From an archaeon (GTDB lineage Archaea > Thermoproteota > Nitrososphaeria > Nitrososphaerales > JACAEJ01): DNA of 64,000 nt. The notes beneath the pieces were generated by a model. It did not search any database, had not been told where the DNA came from, and was given only the letters and a program-made list of their open reading frames with translations. Shown here one piece after another: positions 9,801 to 17,795 of the stretch. Position numbers and translations under genes: made by a program. Position 1 is the first letter of the stretch. Every line of letters begins with the position of its first letter. The stretch lies in assembly GCA_024256285.1 (NCBI GenBank), contig JACGUG010000001.1:17191-81190 (forward strand), written 5' to 3'.

Positions 9801-9827
9801 TATCCTAATTTAGATGCAGGTTCACTT

Positions 9828-11165
9828 TTAATCCTTTGCAACTCTGACGAGCTTCTGCAGGCCTGAGCTGTACTGGAAGGCTCTTTTCCTTTTTAGTATT
9901 ATGTCCCTTGGAAGACCGGCCTTCATGGCTACCTCCTTTAGAACCAATTTACGTCGATCTTCCCCTCTGCCTATCTTCAAGCTTAAAGGCAGTGACAGAG
10001 CATACCTGACAAGATCGATATTTGCGTAGGGCAGCCTAACTTCTGCGTAAGGCGAAGATGCCTTCTCATCCCTCTCAAAATTGTTCTTATGCCCATCGAG
10101 AACTCCTTGCAGGATTGTCTTCTCTGCAGATTCTTCTCCCATCTCTCTTAACGCTCTCACATACTTGGCATAGCCTCCAAAAAGTTCATCGGCAAACTGA
10201 CCCAAGAATATGGTCTTATGACCCATCTGTGAGCACTTCTCGGCAGCAAGATGCACGCCCAAGCCTATAGCCAAGTCCATGGTTCTATCGCTCTCTATCA
10301 GATGTTTTACCAAGCCTATCCTATTCCTCACTTGCTCAAGATCGATCTGAAGCTCTTCGAGGTCCAACCCAAGGCTTCTCGCCGAGTCTTTCACATCCTC
10401 CTCATCCTTAGAGCCTTTCGCATATAAAGATAGAAGGGTTACCTTCTTTAACTTTGATGTGATCAGGGCTAAAAGCGAGCTGTCCAAACCTCCAGAGAAG
10501 CCTATAACTACACCATCGAGCCCTCTAACCCTTCTTCTAATGGATTCTGAGAGAAGGTTCAATATGGTATCTGAGGCTTCGTCCATACCGACCCTCAAGG
10601 GAGATGCTGGCATGATTTTACTGAAAAGAAAGCTTTCCCCTCTCTTTAGGGAAGATCTGTGAATGCTACCTGGACGAACTCTTTCGATATTCTTGAACCC
10701 CACAGCCTTAAGGGCTTTGATCTCAGATGCTACGCCGAAAGTGCTGAAATCCCTTGCAAAGTATAGTGGCTTGACTCCTAATGGGTCTCGACCGTATATC
10801 AACTCATCGTCCTTTATCATTACAAAGGTGAAGTCTCCATCCAATTGGGAAAGAAGTTCAGAAGCTCTACCCAGTCCCTCCTTTGATACCTCTCTCAATT
10901 TTGCAAAGTTGAAGCCTTCAGGATGGTATACTGTGCCGTGAAGAGCCATCTTGTAATCCTTCGATTCGGCGAGGCAGCAACCTATCGCCAAATTCGACCT
11001 AACTTTATCAAGGGCTGAAATGTCGTATGAAGATCCATCTTCTGTAACTATCTTGTAGCCAGACCAAGCACGATGAGATAGTGATTTAAGGGCAGATATG
11101 AGACGAGGGATTACATCTTCTTCTCCACAAAGGGCAACTATGCCATTGATCTGATCTGGAGGCAA
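9828..11165 (-). CDS. asparagine synthase-like amidotransferase (PP-loop ATP pyrophosphatase domain)
   Basis: PP-loop GFSGGLDSS plus an N-terminal Ntn/GATase-II-like region (DGDFTFVM...GRDPLGVKPLY). No MCG start was seen, so the glutaminase domain may be inactive. TTG start. Confidence 0.75.
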   Translation of the reverse strand: MPPDQINGIVALCGEEDVIPRLISALKSLSHRAWSGYKIVTEDGSSYDISALDKVRSNLAIGCCLAESKDYKMALHGTVYHPEGFNFAKLREVSKEGLGRASELLSQLDGDFTFVMIKDDELIYGRDPLGVKPLYFARDFSTFGVASEIKALKAVGFKNIERVRPGSIHRSSLKRGESFLFSKIMPASPLRVGMDEASDTILNLLSESIRRRVRGLDGVVIGFSGGLDSSLLALITSKLKKVTLLSLYAKGSKDEEDVKDSARSLGLDLEELQIDLEQVRNRIGLVKHLIESDRTMDLAIGLGVHLAAEKCSQMGHKTIFLGQFADELFGGYAKYVRALREMGEESAEKTILQGVLDGHKNNFERDEKASSPYAEVRLPYANIDLVRYALSLPLSLKIGRGEDRRKLVLKEVAMKAGLPRDIILKRKRAFQYSSGLQKLVRVAKD

Positions 11166-11310
11166 ATCTATACCAGCCTTGTGATGCCTCTTATATCTAA
11201 AAGCTCTTCTTCATTATGCTGAGTTCGGCTTTCTTATTCGATCTTCTCCTTGATCACTTTGATAACCGGGACTTCATCTAAGCTTTGGTAGGATATCAAT
11301 GATCAGGAAT

Positions 11311-11468
11311 TGGGCTGGTCTAAGCCCGAACCTTCCGACTTACTCAGTCGCTCTCCGACGCTTCTTTGTCTGCCAGTCGGCTTGTCTTTCGACTCGCCTT
11401 CTGAGCATCCTCAGATTTGCCGATCGGTTTCCTTTCAATCAGTCGGTTTAAGCCTGCTCCCAGCCCAA
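11311..11468. ncRNA. candidate structured RNA (family unknown)
   Basis: ORF-free stretch that looks visibly GC-enriched. GGGCTGG (11312-11318) pairs with CCAGCCC (11460-11466) as a closing stem. Inside are hairpins built from repeated CGACT/AGTCG motifs, CTGAGcatcCTCAG and the palindrome CCGATCGG. Confidence 0.25.
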
Positions 11469-11510
11469 ACCCTATATATGTAACTGCTTCCTTAAAAATT
11501 ATTCGATCTA

Positions 11511-12185
11511 GTGATGGTTACGACAACTGGCAAAACAAGGTATAGAAGGTTTGAGGACGACCTGAAGGTTTTGGTGGACAAGCTTTCTGAGGATGTTAAT
11601 AGCGATGTGAAGAAGAAGCTCGAAATCTTGAAGAAGAGGTTGATCAAACTGTACCATGATAATCTTGTGAAGATCAACCACTCTGTAATGGAGTTGATCT
11701 GTGCGAAGTCTCTTCTCACCCGTGGTTATGATGTAGATTTAGAGCGGGCCCTTGACATGGATTTTGTATGTGATGTCTTTGCTGAAAAGGGGGAGGGTGT
11801 CTTGATAATCGAGGTGGAGACAGGGTATACGCCCCCAGACCACGCCCTTGATCCAAGCAGATATAATGAAGCAAGGATTTCGAGTAAGATCGCAAGGTAC
11901 AGCTCCTACTCTAACAAGTTCGCCCTCGCAACGCCCATCTACAACATCCTTCAGATACCAGAGATACTCGGCAAGCCACCTAGATACCGTAGTAAGAGAG
12001 AAGTGCTAAAAGTGAAGAAGTTATGTGACGTCTACTACACAAGACCACCGATAACCGTGCAGCAGATCAGGGAGGCCAAACTTCAATCCATCTACATAAT
12101 CGATGTAGACAGGGCTTCGACACGGGAGATCGATCCTGAAACATACCAAGAGTTGGCATCAACGATAAGATCGACCTTGGCCTAG
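11511..12185 (+). CDS. hypothetical protein with PD-(D/E)xK / Hjc-like nuclease core
   Basis: The segment DMDFVCDVFAEKGEGVLIIEVETGY resembles the D...(E/D)xK beta-hairpin core of Hjc/restriction-endonuclease-fold proteins (Lys replaced by Thr). N-terminal coiled coil. Confidence 0.45.
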   Translation: MMVTTTGKTRYRRFEDDLKVLVDKLSEDVNSDVKKKLEILKKRLIKLYHDNLVKINHSVMELICAKSLLTRGYDVDLERALDMDFVCDVFAEKGEGVLIIEVETGYTPPDHALDPSRYNEARISSKIARYSSYSNKFALATPIYNILQIPEILGKPPRYRSKREVLKVKKLCDVYYTRPPITVQQIREAKLQSIYIIDVDRASTREIDPETYQELASTIRSTLA

Positions 12186-12317
12186 GCTATGACGAATTAT
12201 GGAATTCATAGATTAAGGAAAGCTTCTGGCAACATCTAGACCAAGGACAGGTACTGAACAAAAATAAGCTCGATATTGAGCGTGGATTTAAGCATGACCA
12301 TAGATAGATAAGAGAAG

Positions 12318-13703
12318 TTAAGATTCTTTTGTCTTTTGAAAGAGATCGACGACGTTTGCTATTATCTTCTTCGATGCAGAGAAGTGTTTTATAGGATCGA
12401 ATAAGCCCTTAACTTCCTCTTTCTTCAAGAGAGAGCCCAGTTCTTCATCTTTAAGGATGGCTTCAGAGTAGGGGATGTTCTCCTTCGAAGCCCTCCCTGC
12501 TGCATTGTTAAGCAGTCTATGAGCATGAGACCTCGATACGCTCTTTTTTAATAGAATATCCAATATGAACTCTGAGTATATCTGACCTTGGGTCAGATCG
12601 ATGTTGGACCTTATCTTATCGGCTCTGACTACGAGACCTCTCATGACCTTGGTCATCGAATTTATGCATTCATCCAGTAGTATGAAGGCTGAAGGGACCG
12701 TAATCCTCTCATTCGCAGAGTTCGATAGATCACGCTCATGCCATAAAGGTATATTCTGTAGAGCAACAGATGGAAGGGCTCTGATGAGCTTGGCAAGGCT
12801 GGACACCCTCTCACATTTTATAGGATTTCTTTTCATGGGAACTGCTGAACTGCCTATCTGAGTAGCTCTGAAGGGTTCTGCCACTTCTCTTATCTCTGTG
12901 CGCTGTAGGTTACGAACCTCCGTAGCCATCTTGTCCAGACTCGATGCAACCAATGCTGTGAAGAAGATGACTTCAGCCAAGATATCTCTAGGAACGACTT
13001 GAGTGGCAGCATCCAAAGGCTTCAAACCGAGCTTCTTGGCTGTAAGAGCCTGCACCTCCAAAGCCTTCTCCCCCATTACAGAGCCAGTTCCAACCACTCC
13101 AAGGGTCTTGCAGACGAGGGCCCTCTCTCTCAATTGGCGCAAGCGTAAAATGTGGCGGTTCATTTCGGAAGCCCATACAGCGAACTTCAAACCAAAGGGG
13201 ATTATACTTGTATGCTGGCCATGAGTCCTACCCACAGCGGGTAGATCTTGATATTCTAATGCTTTCTCGCATAAAATCTCTGTAAAGGAGATCATCTTAT
13301 CCTCCATTATCTCCATGGATTTCTTCAACTGTAAGGATAGAGACGTATCGAGAACATCGTTGCTCGTAAGCCCATAATGCACCCATGGCTTTGCTTCATC
13401 TCTGCAGACTTCCACTACTGCCTCTACCAAGGATGCCGTCTCATGCTGAGTGGCCGATTCTATCTCACGCCACCTTTCGATTGTAATGTATTCAAGGTTT
13501 GCCTTTGATACAATCTCCATAGCAGCACTCTTAGGGATCAGGCCGACCTCTGCTTGGGCCTCTGCGACAGCAGCCTCGACCATGAGTTGATAATTCAGGT
13601 AGCTCTCCTCTTCGAATACTTCCCTCATCTCTTTGCTACCATATCTCTCAGGTACAGGAAGAGTACTCCTCTCAGATGTCATAATAACTATCTTCAATAT
13701 CAA
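12318..13703 (-). CDS. purB: adenylosuccinate lyase
   Basis: Fumarate-lyase signature GSSAVPMKRNP; the N-terminal YGSKEMREVF is typical of PurB. The true start is probably the internal MTSERS. Confidence 0.9.
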   Translation of the reverse strand: MILKIVIMTSERSTLPVPERYGSKEMREVFEEESYLNYQLMVEAAVAEAQAEVGLIPKSAAMEIVSKANLEYITIERWREIESATQHETASLVEAVVEVCRDEAKPWVHYGLTSNDVLDTSLSLQLKKSMEIMEDKMISFTEILCEKALEYQDLPAVGRTHGQHTSIIPFGLKFAVWASEMNRHILRLRQLRERALVCKTLGVVGTGSVMGEKALEVQALTAKKLGLKPLDAATQVVPRDILAEVIFFTALVASSLDKMATEVRNLQRTEIREVAEPFRATQIGSSAVPMKRNPIKCERVSSLAKLIRALPSVALQNIPLWHERDLSNSANERITVPSAFILLDECINSMTKVMRGLVVRADKIRSNIDLTQGQIYSEFILDILLKKSVSRSHAHRLLNNAAGRASKENIPYSEAILKDEELGSLLKKEEVKGLFDPIKHFSASKKIIANVVDLFQKTKES

Positions 13704-14026
13704 TGATAAAAGTTGATCGCTGTGAACGATGATCGAGGTCGGTCAAGAAATAGATAATTTATTTTAATCGTCTCATCTTTATCTCCTTTAACCTCTTCTT
13801 AAACTCCTTGAGGGACATGGATTCGACCATGGGCAGACCCAGATTCATTGCTACGATCATTACATCTCTAAGCTCTGTCTTGACCAAGTTCTACTCTACC
13901 TCTAACTTTTGGAGCCTTTTTGTAACCTTCTTCACTTCATTTCTAAGCCAACTGGGCCAGTATAGTGTATCCCTCACCATCGGCATCTTCCTTCATCCTC
14001 GATCGATAGTCATTTCTAGAACATGT

Positions 14027-14329
14027 TCATGGCACCGAGCTTCTATAGACCTTGGCTATAGCAAGGGGTTGAGAAGGGTCGTTGTTTATAAAGCAGATTA
14101 CGATGGGTTCGCCGACCTTTAATTCTCCCCTTGTATAATCATCGATCAATTTCTTTGTAGCATAACAATCGAGTTCTACTTTTTCATTCATTATCATTCT
14201 TTTCACTCTTAAAGGTTTATCTTCGCTCGGGTTGATGGATTCTATATGAGCCCAGTAAATCTGACCATAAAACGATAATTCATTTCGAAGTTCGTCCATC
14301 TTTTTCTTGAGATTTTTTAGTATGCGCAT
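14027..14329 (-). CDS. baseplate spike gpV/gp5-like OB-fold protein (tentative)
   Basis: GQIYWAHIESIN...RVKRMI...ELKVGEPIVICFINNDPSQPLAIAKVY resembles the OB-fold N-domain of P2 gpV / Mu gp45 (vGe.V.v.f..gd...p.i). The start lies 4 nt after the upstream stop. Confidence 0.45.
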   Translation of the reverse strand: MRILKNLKKKMDELRNELSFYGQIYWAHIESINPSEDKPLRVKRMIMNEKVELDCYATKKLIDDYTRGELKVGEPIVICFINNDPSQPLAIAKVYRSSVP

Positions 14330-14333
14330 TATT

Positions 14334-15725
14334 TTATTCTACCCCCTCGAGCTTCTTCTCATATTCAGCAAGAATCTCAGCCATACTCAGACTCTTCTTC
14401 TTAAGTTCTAAATCTGTGGTGAGGCTGTCGCTATTCAAAGCGTGGGCATAAGCCTTTACAACGCTCTCCTCAGCATTTAAGCCGACCTGATCACAAGTTA
14501 TAGTCACCTTATCGAAGAGGTTTATCAAGAATAATGAAGGAAGAGAGAGGGATAATTCGTTGCCAGGATCCTTATGTAAAGCTGTAAGACTATCAGCCCT
14601 TTTTTGAGCAGTTGTGTTATCGGTTATGCTCGTATCCGTTTCAGTCCTCTCCCTCAACCAGTAGGCAGACTGACTCGCTGAATCTTCACCTGTTGCCGAT
14701 ACAGCCCCAGAGCCTTTGACGTAGATCTTGTTCAGAATTTCATCTATCTCTCCATGCTCGATCTGTATGATCTCTTCACCCTTTCTTATGGTTATGTTGG
14801 CTCTGGTTTCTTCCGAACTTACAGAAGCAAAGTGAATATCCTTGTTCTCATCAACATAGAAAACATAGCCTTCATCGTCTGCCAGTTGCTTTATAATTTC
14901 ACCAATAGGCTCATCGTTAAAGTCGTAGCTGGCTGTTGAGCCACCGCTAACATGATCGTATGTGAAGGTTCCAGAGAAATACAAATCCACTAAGTCCTTG
15001 ATGATCGCTCCTCTTGTCTGGGCTGAATAGCTCTTGCTCTTCGCCTCTCTGAAGTTGAGCCTCTTTGCATATCCTTGAGCAGATTCTATCTCTAATATCG
15101 ATGGTGGAAACTTCTTTCTTACACTATCAATATAGCCCCTGAAGAGCAGGAAGAGCAAGGCATCGTCGTCCCCTAATCTTATCTCTATCTCTGCTGGAAA
15201 TTCCAAACTGCTAAACTTGTTGCCTACATTCTCAAGTTCCAATGAAGCACAGGGCAGACCGCCTTCCCCATGTTCGATAGAACAAGATAGTATCTCATCG
15301 CTCATCTTGTAGATGACTTCATATCCCTCTTGATACATTATCTCATACACTTTAGTCCCAGATGATCCATGAGTGTTGACCTGAAGCCTTACATACCTCG
15401 CAATAATTTTAGAGAAGATGTGCTCTTTCCATCCGCTACCAGGATCACTAGCTTGATTCAGTAAATGAGCCCAATCTGAGGCGTTTAAAGAATAATCAAG
15501 ATCATAATTTGTAGGTCTATACGCAACATCTGCCCCCCAATAAACCTTAATCCCTGTTATGATCTTTTCTCCACCTAGATCGACATAAATCCAAGCATTA
15601 GCCTCATTTACTGGGTTTGGATACCACATTGATGTAGTGTCATTATCGATAACGTTGTCACTGATCCCCCACCCATACTTGAATGGTGGTATCCCTCGCT
15701 GCATAGTCTGTCCATGAACCGTCAT
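14334..15725 (-). CDS. F5/8 type C (discoidin) domain fused to gpD/gp27-like tail hub domain
   Basis: The N-terminal part (SDNVIDNDTTSMW...AWIYVDLGGEKIITGIKVYW...ARYVRLQV...VYEIMY) fits a discoidin domain. The remainder (LELEN...IEIRLGDD...LFRGYIDSV...ILEIESAQGY...IGEIIKQLADDEGYVFYVDENKDIHF) follows the late-control-D / tail-hub pattern. Confidence 0.6.
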   Translation of the reverse strand: MTVHGQTMQRGIPPFKYGWGISDNVIDNDTTSMWYPNPVNEANAWIYVDLGGEKIITGIKVYWGADVAYRPTNYDLDYSLNASDWAHLLNQASDPGSGWKEHIFSKIIARYVRLQVNTHGSSGTKVYEIMYQEGYEVIYKMSDEILSCSIEHGEGGLPCASLELENVGNKFSSLEFPAEIEIRLGDDDALLFLLFRGYIDSVRKKFPPSILEIESAQGYAKRLNFREAKSKSYSAQTRGAIIKDLVDLYFSGTFTYDHVSGGSTASYDFNDEPIGEIIKQLADDEGYVFYVDENKDIHFASVSSEETRANITIRKGEEIIQIEHGEIDEILNKIYVKGSGAVSATGEDSASQSAYWLRERTETDTSITDNTTAQKRADSLTALHKDPGNELSLSLPSLFLINLFDKVTITCDQVGLNAEESVVKAYAHALNSDSLTTDLELKKKSLSMAEILAEYEKKLEGVE

Positions 15726-15930
15726 ATTTAGTGAAGTCCCCAGCTATGAGATTAGCCGACCAACGGTTGAGCAATACATAGTTAGTTGAGTTTCCACCGC
15801 TGTATTCTGCACATATCCTTACATCGTTGCCCCCCTCAAGTGTTAAATTAAATGTAAATTCATACCCCTTATATGAGGAAGAGGGAATTGTACTAACATT
15901 AACTGTGTCAGGGAGGTTGCAAGAATCGAG
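15658..15930 (-). pseudogene. start-less open frame bridging the two flanking tail-protein ORFs (frame-shifted segment)
   Basis: Manual translation: LDSCNLPDTVNVSTIPSSSYKGYEFTFNLTLEGGNDVRICAEYSGGNSTNYVLLNRWSANLIAGDFTKYDGSWTDYAARDTTIQVWVGDQ*. It is beta-rich and continues the domain begun in ORF 15843..16865. The flanking ORFs 15843..16865 and 14334..15725 share one frame (both low ends are 0 mod 3); this segment is offset by one nucleotide. Confidence 0.45.
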
Positions 15931-16865
15931 CTATCGGATGATTTTCTGATCACACAAGTTAGAGTGCCCGTAGGAGACCCGTACCTTTTGAGCCAGAACT
16001 TTGCCTTAACAACGATTTTATCCGTTATGGTGATCCTGTGCCCTAACCTCTGATTATCGGCAGAACTGAGCCTATCGCTATAACTACCTTCGTTACTGTT
16101 ATCTAATAATAGCCCACTTTCATTACTACTAGCCTTGGTATCGGAAGGGTTAGCATAGGGTTGATAGCCTGGACCGAGCTTGATGGTAGCCCTCTTGCCT
16201 ATCCTATTCCTCTTATTCCCATAGACCTTGAAGTTGTCAAAGTAAGCCTCTCTATCCGTCGTCTGACAGAAGAACCTTACCCTCAGAGATTCACTTCTCG
16301 ATCTGTCGAACTCTTGCGTTGTAGTCCACCTGGTTACTGCTCCTTCCTTTATGGTTACTACGGCCTGATAGTATCCAGTCGATAAATTTAATTCGGTTAT
16401 CTGCAACTCGAAGGTGTAAGAAGTATCTGTAGCCCAAGCGTTGTCGCCTGAATAGACTGCTGCTTGCTCCGACCCATCCTTCACTCTTGTGAGTTTATAA
16501 CATTGAGTATGACCACCATCACTTTCAAAGGCTTCTACTCTAAAGAGGTATTTGCCATAAAAGCTCGTATCCACTATCATCCCATCTTCTATATCAGCAG
16601 TATCTAGTTCTATAGCAAAACCGCCGTCTTTAATCTCAAAGTCAAACTTAACAGTAAAAGGAATACGATACTCAGCCTTCGTCATGACGTTGACCTTTCT
16701 TCCATCTGCTGTTCCTATAGCTTTGAGATGAAGTTGGTTGTTGAGAATCTCCATCAGTTTAGTGGCGAAGGTTGAACCTGCTGGTGATAGGAAGGTCATC
16801 CATCTTCCACGATGAGGGAGAGCGTTATCTAATCCCGTAAAAGTATCCTTAAAGAGTAGTTTCAT
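15843..16865 (-). CDS. ConA/LamG-like lectin-fold protein (tail fibre / receptor-binding candidate), 3' end frame-shifted
   Basis: The N-terminal half ends with ...LRVRFFCQTTDREAYFDNFKVYG, typical of concanavalin-like jelly-rolls. The annotated C-terminal 20 aa (LMLVQFPLPHIRGMNLHLI) look non-native, whereas the alternative frame reads on coherently. Confidence 0.55.
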   Translation of the reverse strand: MKLLFKDTFTGLDNALPHRGRWMTFLSPAGSTFATKLMEILNNQLHLKAIGTADGRKVNVMTKAEYRIPFTVKFDFEIKDGGFAIELDTADIEDGMIVDTSFYGKYLFRVEAFESDGGHTQCYKLTRVKDGSEQAAVYSGDNAWATDTSYTFELQITELNLSTGYYQAVVTIKEGAVTRWTTTQEFDRSRSESLRVRFFCQTTDREAYFDNFKVYGNKRNRIGKRATIKLGPGYQPYANPSDTKASSNESGLLLDNSNEGSYSDRLSSADNQRLGHRITITDKIVVKAKFWLKRYGSPTGTLTCVIRKSSDSSILATSLTQLMLVQFPLPHIRGMNLHLI

Positions 16866-16866
16866 T

Positions 16867-17214
16867 TTATATCGCCATCAACACGCTAGCCTTTGCCCAT
16901 GACGAAGGTGAATCGACGGGACCTAAAGTGTAACCATCGGCCACAAGGTAATCGTTTACGATCTTTATCTTAGGCTTTGGGAGAGCATTAACGATGTCCT
17001 TGAACTCTTCCTCGATCATCTCCTTTTCGCTCTTCTCTTTGTTCCTCCTCGATCTTTGAGTACAATTCAATAGATGTAACTTAAAGACCGTGGCTTGTCT
17101 CCTCGCTATTCTTTCTCGAAATTCTTCTGGAAAGTCCTTTCTCTTTTTTACTGCCAGATGGGCTGCTAGATGATATAGGGCTGTCTGGGCTTGAGCACTG
17201 AACTCGCTTGAAAG
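16867..17214 (-). CDS. hypothetical virion-module protein; open frame extends 48 codons upstream of the only canonical start (TTG 17070)
   Basis: The frame is open from 17214: LSSEFSAQAQTALYHLAAHLAVKKRKDFPEEFRERIARRQATVFKLHL-LNCTQRSRRNKEK... The ALYHLAAHL..KR motif is reminiscent of gp6-like head-tail adaptors. The stop abuts the next ATG (TAAAATG). Confidence 0.35.
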   Translation of the reverse strand, partial: LSSEFSAQAQTALYHLAAHLAVKKRKDFPEEFRERIARRQATVFKLHLLNCTQRSRRNKEKSEKEMIEEEFKDIVNALPKPKIKIVNDYLVADGYTLGPVDSPSSWAKASVLMAI

Positions 17215-17795
17215 TCATCCCCAGCATAAGCAACATCGGTGAAGGCTACATCGGCTACGTCTATCATCTCTTCAAGGTCTTCAATAATATCGATAGTCTC
17301 TTCTACACTCTCTCCTACTTGTTCTACTTGCCTAGCCGCTTTACCTGCTGCTTTACCGAATAGACCGGTTTGTTGTCTTGCTTCAGCCATGGCACCGCTT
17401 ACTTCTGCTTCATAAGCCAACCATATCATAACTGCCCCTGCTGTTAAGGCTGCTACTACTTCGCCAACAGTTATAGCCAAACCTTTGATCGATGCTGCTG
17501 TGATCGTTGCTGTTATGCCCATCTCTTTCATGACGTTAGAAAAGCTTGATACTGCTGTTATGGCTGCTGGCCCCATCTGGATCAACATCTCGACTTGGGC
17601 TTCCCTAACTTTATCTGTCTTATCAGCCAAGTCTTCCTCAGCCGTTACGACCTTCTGCTCAGCAAGCTCTAACTTCTCTAAGGCCAACCTTGCTTCGTTG
17701 CTGTTCTCTCTGTATTTCTCAACAGCTTTATTATAAGATTCTAAGGCACTCTTGGCGGTGAGAGAAATGGTAGCCTCCAGTCCTCGTCCTCTCAT
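17166..17795 (-). CDS. coiled-coil plus hydrophobic-segment protein (tape-measure or scaffold-like fragment)
   Basis: An N-terminal heptad-like region (ALESYNKAVEKYRENSNEARLALEKLELAEQKV...) is followed by Ala/Gly-rich hydrophobic stretches and an acidic tail. The start overlaps the TerL-like ORF by 65 nt. Confidence 0.5.
   Translation of the reverse strand: MRGRGLEATISLTAKSALESYNKAVEKYRENSNEARLALEKLELAEQKVVTAEEDLADKTDKVREAQVEMLIQMGPAAITAVSSFSNVMKEMGITATITAASIKGLAITVGEVVAALTAGAVMIWLAYEAEVSGAMAEARQQTGLFGKAAGKAARQVEQVGESVEETIDIIEDLEEMIDVADVAFTDVAYAGDDFQASSVLKPRQPYII

Noticed and set aside
11311-11468. Assigning the structured region to RNase P RNA or SRP RNA.
   Set aside because: The universal CR-I element (GGAAAGUCC) and the SRP helix-8 motifs are not present, and the length is too short for type A/M RNase P RNA. 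It is kept only as an unclassified ncRNA candidate.
13759-13986. Minus-strand small ORF MPMVRDTLYWPSWLRNEVKKVTKRLQKLEVE-TAG-NLVKTELRDVMIVAMNLGLPMVESMSLKEFKKRLKEIKMRRLK at the distal end of the virus-like module.
   Set aside because: Both halves are short (31 and 43 codons) and I recognise no family. Open frames of this size arise by chance in six-frame scans, so it is not reported as a feature.
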